A stretch of 64,000 nucleotides of DNA from contig NMRA01000138.1 of assembly GCA_002633005.1 (NCBI GenBank), positions 804,795 through 868,794 of the forward strand, read 5' to 3'. A program made the position numbers and the translations under genes. Positions 51,601 through 60,600 of this stretch are shown in pieces; the first letter of the stretch is position 1; each line of letters starts with the position of its first letter. Origin of the DNA: Phoronis australis (Eukaryota; Animalia; Phoronida). Under the pieces are notes generated by a model. It did no database searches. It worked only from the letters and a program-made list of their open reading frames with translations, and was not told the DNA's origin.

Positions 51601-54600
51601 AATTTTCCGCGGAAACGTGGATTTCCGCTTTTTTCAAATGTGCTGTCCGCTTTTTTTATAATATTTCCACGTAAAAAATCGGATTTGATATAAAATTTCC
51701 GCGGCAAATTCCTTTCTTACCGCGGCGTTGCAGACGACACTCACCTCGAAAAGCGGAAGTTGCTCTTTATGTTTCGGAGGAACGTAAATTGTCAACATTG
51801 CCGGGGCATCGGGAGGGCACTGGGACAGTGTGGTGGGATTTTCAATGGCGTCTCGTGTTATTGTAAACCGCGGCGACAAATACTGCGGCTCTGCAACCAA
51901 AAATGTGTGGGTTGGGAGTGGACGGGCGAGCTAAAAGGACGCAGACGCATGCTACTGATGGTGGTAACGTTTTTTTTTTTTTATTTTTGTCGGGGAAAGG
52001 TTCACATTGACCATTTCAAGGCTGGTTAGCGGGCATGATTTGGGCCGTAGAAGTTTCAAAGTTTCCGCGTTTTTTGTCATTGGTCATTCCAAGCCCTGCA
52101 ATACTGAAGACTACGATGGTGATGGCAATACTGAAGACTATGATGGTGACGGCAATGATCTTATCAACTTTCATTTCACACCTACAACTAAAATTTTCGT
52201 CTGACGTGTTGTTATTAACTATTAATTAAGTGCTGTGGCTGTAGAATGGTGACTTACTGATGACGCAAGTCATGATAAATGCAAATCTTTTTAGCAAGAT
52301 CCTGATTTTGTGAAGCATTTTTAGTACTAGATGTCACTATTATTGTTTTGTAGGATCCTGTCGTCACTAGTGGCGTGTTAGCTTCCCCACAGTCAGGACA
52401 GGGCGAAAGCACGACAGTTAATGAGTCCAGAGATAGGACCCCTTCTGACCCCATCTCTATTGAAACGGTTAATGGCAGTCGAGGTATGAAGTTGTGAGTT
52501 GTTGTACTCTATCCGTGATGCCTAAGTTAGTACTGCCAAAAGCATTGTCAATGGAAAGTTCAGCACGCTCTCTCATTTGCTCATTGCAACACTGTCTTGT
52601 AAAAAGATGCAATTTTCTATTGGTTGATCTCCATGATTATCGTCTGTCATCTGAAGACTAGTTTAGGTTTGCGCAGTGGTGTCCACACCAGCAATTCTTG
52701 TCGTGGCGTTGCCATTTGCAATGCTACTCTAGCCACGTGAGGGCGCTACTGAGGAGTGTAGAGTTGATGAGGATGCTAAAAGAGGCACTAAATTGAAGTG
52801 TGCAATTTTTTAATTATTTACCACAAAACATGGTGGAGAGCCAGAATTTGATTTTCTTAAATATCTTGATTAAAATGAACATTAAAGAAACGTTCTCAGT
52901 AACATGGTTTCTGCTGAAGGACAACACCGGGTAAATTTTAATATTTGAAGCAAACCGGTTTGCCTCTGGAAAACAGACAGAGGACTATCCTTTCAATATG
53001 TTTCCTGCAACTCTTAAAGTTATATTGATCACTGCTTTGGTGAGTCAAAGGTGGCCGAGTGGTTAATAAACCACAAATAACACTACACCCACAGAAACAA
53101 GACACGCATTGTCTCATGACTGGATTTGTGGGACACTAAGTCAAAACATTCGAAAATTGCCATGATGTGAAACAAGTTGTCCAAAGGTAATAGTCATACA
53201 AGCACAGCACACAATATACCTAAAGTTTCAGTTAAGTTGCACATTATTTTGATTTACAAGGAAAGGACTTACAGTAAAATAAAATGCTGTACAGCACATA
53301 CTATCATGGTAAAGGTGATGTGGAGTTTGTAATGCAATATTACGTGAAAAAATACTTGCATGTTTATGGTTTTGTTGAAGGAATTCTTGTCAAAATGCAC
53401 ACCAGGATGCACTGGTTGTACAAAGCTATGGTGACCCAAAAAAAACACGAGTCCGACCTCAATTTCTTAGCTTTTGGTCACAGAGACTCGACATGTTAGA
53501 ATCAAAGTTTTATCTCATTTGTGCCAGTTCGTTGAGACGTACACACAAAATTCTTGATACTTTTCTTCATATTCCCACAGTTCTTACAATCACGCTTACG
53601 GTAGTTATTTTTTGGCAAACTTTCATTTTGCTGTTTGCTGCTGAGGAACGTTGCATCCCACCGTTATAGTGAAAGTTGCGCATTCTAGTTGTTTGTGGAC
53701 TCTGGCAGTCAGTGATTTATGTTTTGGAAAGGGTTTATATGTAAAGCTCTTGCAGTGCCATCTTTTGGTTCATATTTTGGGTTCATCCTGAATCAAATGA
53801 AGTTTATTGATTACTTCAACTGGACATTTTACAGCGCCGCTAAATTGATTTATTCCACTTTGAAGTTTGCAATTTCGACTTTTCCTAATTAGCGGTGGTA
53901 GTGATGTCTTAAACCAATGTGCACTTTAATCATGTTGTCAGTCTCTTTTTATCTTGTCTCACCTGTTTCAGGTAAAGTGCCTTTGACTCCTTCTCCACTC
54001 TGCAGTCATTCCACAAGTTTTAATGAGGAGAGGAAAACGCTTAGCTACAAGGAAAACAAACCTCGCAGTCTGGAAGAAAAAAGTGTTAAAGGTAGGCCTG
54101 AAATTCATACTAATAGTGACATGCTTTGCCAACCAAAATCAGTAATACTTTTTGTAAACAAAATGTGTTGTTACTAATTATTGGCCATTGTTGTCAAGCA
54201 AAATATGTGAGCATGGAAACACTGAAGTCATCACATTTTTGTTCAAGCTTTTCCAATATTGATTAACGTTTGATCATTAAAGGTATCATGTGCTGCTTTG
54301 CACTCTGTTTCTAGGTCAATTTAAGACACGCTTACAGGAAATTTTAGGTATTCTATTCCTCTTGGTGCAAGATTTAAGATTGTTCACGTTGTTTTCTGTT
54401 CAGCATTGGGTATACTAAATTCCAACATAGTTTACAGTCGTCACTTTCACTAGCGGGTAGGAGAATAATTAGACGTGTTTAATTTTGTTTACCTACTTCT
54501 GATCAAGCTCTGAGCACCTTGTAACAATTCAAGCACTTAAAACCTGCATTTTACTGTCACTGTGTTTATCTGGTCAAATATAAAACAAAAGTCAAATCGG

Positions 54601-57600
54601 ACCTTTTAGTGTAAAACTGGTCTCAAATTTTCCTTGCTAAGGTAGGGCTTGTTTTCTGTTATAAAGAGCAGCATACAAACTCTCAAGAGGTCAAAAACAC
54701 TCAGGAAAATCTTTGAATTTACTAGGGCTGGCTAGCCCTGAAATTTGAACATGGTGTGCAGGACTTTCATTCAAAAATATATATTATCAGTCATGTGAAA
54801 CCATTATGTCTTTTTTCTGAGAATAATACATTACTGATTGGCTGCTGAGATTGGCTTTTCAGTTAAGCACTCAGAATACAAAGTGACTGATAAATGGTGA
54901 AATGCTTGTGATTAAGTTTCCAATTTGTTTTCATCTACTAACTAAGTTAATTTCGGACTTTAAGTGTCCTAAGAAGACCAATTTTATTGCATTAAAGTAT
55001 CTATTACTGACCAAGTGATTGTTTTGTGGTGTACCGCACTCATTTATCATGCCATATTTCTGTCTGGGAGACTGGGAGAGTGCAGATCCTTGATGGGTGT
55101 TTTAAATTGTTTTGGTGGAGGTACTTATTCTGGCTATCCTTGCTGGCTGATCTGATTCGGATTTATTTGTTTGTAAGTTATGTTGTGTTATTTGTATTCA
55201 AGTGTATACATTACTTAGTTAACTTATACCATGTTCATTCAGGGTGACTCACTTTGAAATTTTCACCTTGTCTGGTGTTAAGTTTTCCCATTGTAAATTT
55301 TTGCTATCTCTTCCGTACTGATGACATGTTCAAGTTTCAATTGATGAATTTCAGTGTGGTGTCATAAAAAACTATTGGCTGAAAACTGAAACTATACAGA
55401 CTTTGCTCTTCCTTCCAGGTTACTAAGAATACAAGTTTGTACAAGATGACTTTTGCATCAAATTGTTTTTTGCAAAATAAATGTAACTTTAATTAAAAGT
55501 CACAATGCTGCAAACTATGCTCTGATGTTAACAACATCAATGCATTTGAAGTATTAGTCCTTCCAAAGCAATGTCATCGCATTCTCATTATTTCTTTAAA
55601 CTAAAACTGGTTACAATAGGTCTTTTGGAATTCCTGCTTTTCTTGAGGGAACTCCATTAGGGCTGTTCCAGTAAAATCTATATGGGAAGGGGGGGGAAGG
55701 CACCTTTTTTTCGCACCCACCACCCATATTTTTCATTTATTTCTTCAGCCTAGCACCCGTAATTTTTTATAAGTTTGAAATGCAACCACCCGTAATTTTT
55801 TTTTGTTCTTGTGGTTGACTGCACAGGCGCTTGAGTTTATCTGCTCCTCCATCACCACTAACGTCACTCATTACTAAGAAAACATAATTATGTTTCTTAT
55901 ATATGGTTATTAGCCATCGAGAAATTCGAGCAGCTGTGATTAAATGGTGTTATGGACATGCCAATGAGGAGATCGGAGGGAGTGAAAAAGTCGGAGCTTT
56001 TTGCAAGTTGCATTTTTGTTTCAGTTTTTGATTCTGTGCGGATTGTTTATAAAATTTACTAAAATTACACACCATCAAACATTTATGGCCCAATGAAACA
56101 ACAACCAGTAAATTTTTATTTGTTTGAAGTACGACCACCAGCCATTTTGAATTTAAATCACACGCAACCACCCATAAATTTTTATTTCAGTTGCCTTCCC
56201 CCCCTCCCACACAGATTTTGCTGGAACAGCCCTTACAAAAATTGCAGCAGTCACCAGCCCCTGACATCTGATGGGGGTATTTGGAATATTCATGACTGTG
56301 CGCTGGGAGTTATAAGAGAATCTGGGAAAATTAAGTTACAAGCCAAGTATTGTTACAGGGGTGCTTGTTTGAAAATGGGTGGACTCATTCAGAAACTCCT
56401 AGCACACNGGTAGGGCTTGTTTTCTGTTATAAAGAGCAGCATACAAACTCTCAAGAGGTCAAAAACACTCAGGAAAATCTTTGAATTTACTAGGGCTGGC
56501 TAGCCCTGAAATTTGAACATGGTGTGCAGGACTTTTATTCAAAAATATATATTATCAGTCATGTGAAACCACTATGTCTATTTTCTGAGAATAACACATT
56601 GCTGATTGGCTGCTGAGATTGGCTTTTCAATTAAGCACTCAGAATACAAAGTGACTGATAAATGGTGAAATGCTTGTGATTAAGTTTCCAATTTGTTTTC
56701 ATCTACTAACTAAGTTAATTTCGGACTTTAAGTGTCCTAAGAAGACCAATTTTATTGCATTAAAGTATCTGTTACTGACCAAGTGATTGTTTTGTGGTGT
56801 ACCGCACTCATTTATCATGCCAGATTTCTGTCTGGGAGACTGGGAGAGTGCAGATCCTTGATGGGTGTTTTAAATTGTTTCGGTGGAGGTACTTATGCTG
56901 GCTATCCTTGCTGGCTGATCTGATTCGGATCTATTTGTTTGTAAGTTATGTTGTGTTATTTGTATTCAAGTGTATACTTAGTTAACTTATACCATGTTCA
57001 TTCAGGGTGACTCACTTTGAAATTTTCACCTTGTCTGGTGTTAAGTTTCCCATTGTAAATTTTTGCTATCTCTTCCGTACTGATGACATGTTCAAGTTTC
57101 AATTGATGAATTTCAGTGTGGTGTCATAAAAAAACTATTGGCTGAAAACTGAAACTATACAGACTTTGCTCTTCCTTCCAGGTTACTAAGAATACAAGTT
57201 TGTACAAGATGACTTGTGCATCAAATTGTTTTTGCAAATAAATGAAACTTTAATTAAAAGTCGCAATGCTGCAAACTATGCTCTGATGTTAACAACATCA
57301 ATGCATTTGATGTATTAGTCCTTCCAAAGCAATGTCATCGCATTCTCATTATTTCTTTGAACTAAAACTGGTTACAATAGGTCTTTTGGAATTCTTGCTT
57401 TTCTTGAGGGAACTCCATTACAAAAATTGCAGCAGTCACCAGCCCCTGACATCTGATGGGGGTATTTGGAATATTCATGACTGTGCGCTGGGAGTTATAA
57501 GAGAATCTGGGAAAATTAAGTTACAAGCCAAGTATTGTTACAGGGGTGCTTGTTTGAAAATGGGTGGACTCATTCAGAAACTCCTAGCACACAATGAAAA

Positions 57601-60600
57601 ACTTCTTCCCCTAATGACAACAATTGACAATTAAAAGTGAACCCTGATGGCTTTTTGTTGACTATCCTAAAGCTCAGAGCAAATTTCAGCATTTATTTTC
57701 CCTTTTGATTGGTGCATTTTGAACATTTGGTATTGAACCAGGAAAGTGAAAATTTTTGACAGTGCGCCTAAGGAAACATGTTTGTGTATTCTCCCATTTC
57801 TCAGTGTTAACCTAAAGTTTTCTTGTGTCTGTTGGTAGGTTTCGAAGAATTTAAGCAATTTTTAAGTTATCTGTTGTATATTTTTAATTTGTGAACCCAG
57901 GTTAAATGTTATGTTGAATATACTGTTTGGCAGATAAAAATTTCCTGGCTGTAACTTACATCTGATTTACCCCTCTTAATTTTTCCAGAACAATCTCCCC
58001 TTCACCATGGACACTTGAGGCATTGTCGGCATTCATTTGCCGGCCTGTTTGCTGGTCACCTGTTAGAGCACACGGGTAAGTGACAGCTTGCTACTCTGGA
58101 TATCGTAGTATCTGCACTCACTATGTCTAATGTAATTGTTAACATGTGCATTAGCTAAGGGTTGTGGGTCTTTTTAAGCAGTGCTGCTATATGTTTCACT
58201 AACTTATCTCTTCTACTTTTATGTGAGTACAATGATGAGTGTACAACATTACTGTCAACAGCTAAATTTAAGGGAATTTGCATATTCATACATTCTGCAT
58301 GGTCAGCAGAGGGTCTTGCCTCAGTCAAACCACGCCTGTTATAGGCTGCGAGCTGTAATTCAATGTTGCGTGCGAAGATTAACAGAATCATTAAGGGGAG
58401 TATGTGTTGTCTCAACAGTATGGGGTTATGGGCTTCACAGTTTAACACCGTGTTATAGTTTTGTCATTATGATAATCATTTATTAAGCAATGCCACCCTG
58501 ATAATATTATTTCTTTTGCTTGTCCAACTGTAACAGTGCATTGCATCTGGAACGACCTGGGATTCATGTAGTATAGCCTTCATTGAGCTTGTCTTGTATC
58601 ATCTCTTTACTTTTCATTATACGTTTCTGTGTGCATTTTCTTGTCGTCATTCTTTCCTTAAGGTTCCGCAAGTTCTCTATTCAGTACCAAAGTAATCAGT
58701 GGTTCTTCTAGTGCGCCAAATCTTCACGATCTTGAGTACGGCACACACGAGGGTATGTCTATTTATTGTGTGCGTTAACACACGTTACCTAACCCCGTTT
58801 TCACGCTGGAAATTCCCGTTACTAAGAGTCATAGAAAGAGTGTCAAGTTTGTAGACAAATGTTTTTGTTGTTAAAAGCTTGACCTGTGCTGTGTTTCCGC
58901 TAAGTTTAACTGTTGGACGAATCCTATAATCGGTAGTACAATGAGGATGCATTTTGTGAAGTTTTGAGATGCAGGAAAGACCGGATGTTGGATGAAAGGT
59001 CACTTCCAATGTACAGAATGCATGTATATGATATGTACACTACACTGAAATATCAGAGATAAATATCTGTTACCACAAGAAGTGTAAAATGACAGATTTT
59101 TAACCAGGTCACTTGTCATGAGTTACTGAAAAGGGGACAAATTTATAGTAAAAGTCCCACAAAGAGCTAATTAGGTCAAGTCAAAATTACAAATGTCAAC
59201 TAAATTTAGTTCGTGACTGTGAAATAAACAATGACTTCTATTGGCTCTGTGATAATATACCAGTGACCTCTATTGTCTCTATGATAATATACCAGTGACC
59301 TCTATTGTCTCCATGATAATATACCAGTGACTTCTATTGGCTCTATGATAATATACCAGTGGCCTCTATTGGCTCTATGGTGATGTCATTTTTAATTAGG
59401 AACCCAAACTTGCCATATTAAAGAACCAAAAACAAAGGTCCCCATCCCAAAACATGATCCAAAACAATGCTCCATGACATGCCTTCAGAGGTTTGTTTTA
59501 GTTATTGTACACTCACTTATGACTAAGACATGGTCATACTTTAGGCACAGTTTTTCAGAAAAGATTCAACATTATGGTCACATTTATGACCTGAGTTTGA
59601 CTTTGTTGCATTTGTTTTTTTTTCTGTTTTGAGTTCTTCATTATGCTTTCAGTTTTCCATACTTTTCTTCCCAATGGTTTATTATCAACGTATTCTTCAG
59701 GTACTTGTGGACATAATACTTGTCCTGGGAAACCAAAGAAATTCCCACCATGAATTTTCAAAGAAGCGCCCCCTATAGGCACTCTTTTGAACTATCCAGA
59801 GGAATACCCAATAAGGTCTATTATGAATGTCACTGTCATGGCTAATTAAGGCAAAAATGATTATTCATGGACTAGTATTTGGAAAAAAGTTTTGAAGCAG
59901 ACACAAAAATGTGCTGTCATTCATAAGTTATAAAAGAATCCTCATATTCTTAAGATTACACTAGGTGCTGAATCCCATACAACTTTCTACAATTGTATTC
60001 TTTCATACAGCAAAGCAAAATGAAGCCAAACAGTGACTTTTGACATAAGAATGTGTATTGGTTATCTTTCAGTTTGTTTTAATCATGGATTATAGTTTAA
60101 CAGTTTAATGTGCAACTCTGCTTATTCTGTGTTAGTTGATGTTGCTCACTCATGCTACATGAACCATGGGCACGCTGTAATGGTATTATTTATTGCCATC
60201 TAAACAAACTAATCAATCTAAAATTGTCATGGATTTTTTGTTTCCATCTAAACAGACTTCTTAATTTAGTGCTGTGAAAGGTTACAGTTATGTATTAGTT
60301 ACTTGTGGCAAAGTTAAGTATCACGATGTAATGTTATGTCAAATGATTACAGAGTGTGTCACTGCTCAATCACTAAATTTGGCAGAAAAAAAGACTATAA
60401 TTATGTAATATTTAGATTTCATGTATTTCTTCATTGTGCTTGCTGTGTATAAACTAACAAGGTGTGGCAGAACTAACATTTGTTTTTTCCTTTAACTAAC
60501 GATCTTCTCGGTGAAATTTTATGTTTTCATAATCAACTGAGCATTTCCATTGCTCAGCAGATCTGCTTTTACCTTATTTGTTTTGATACTAAAAGCCGTT

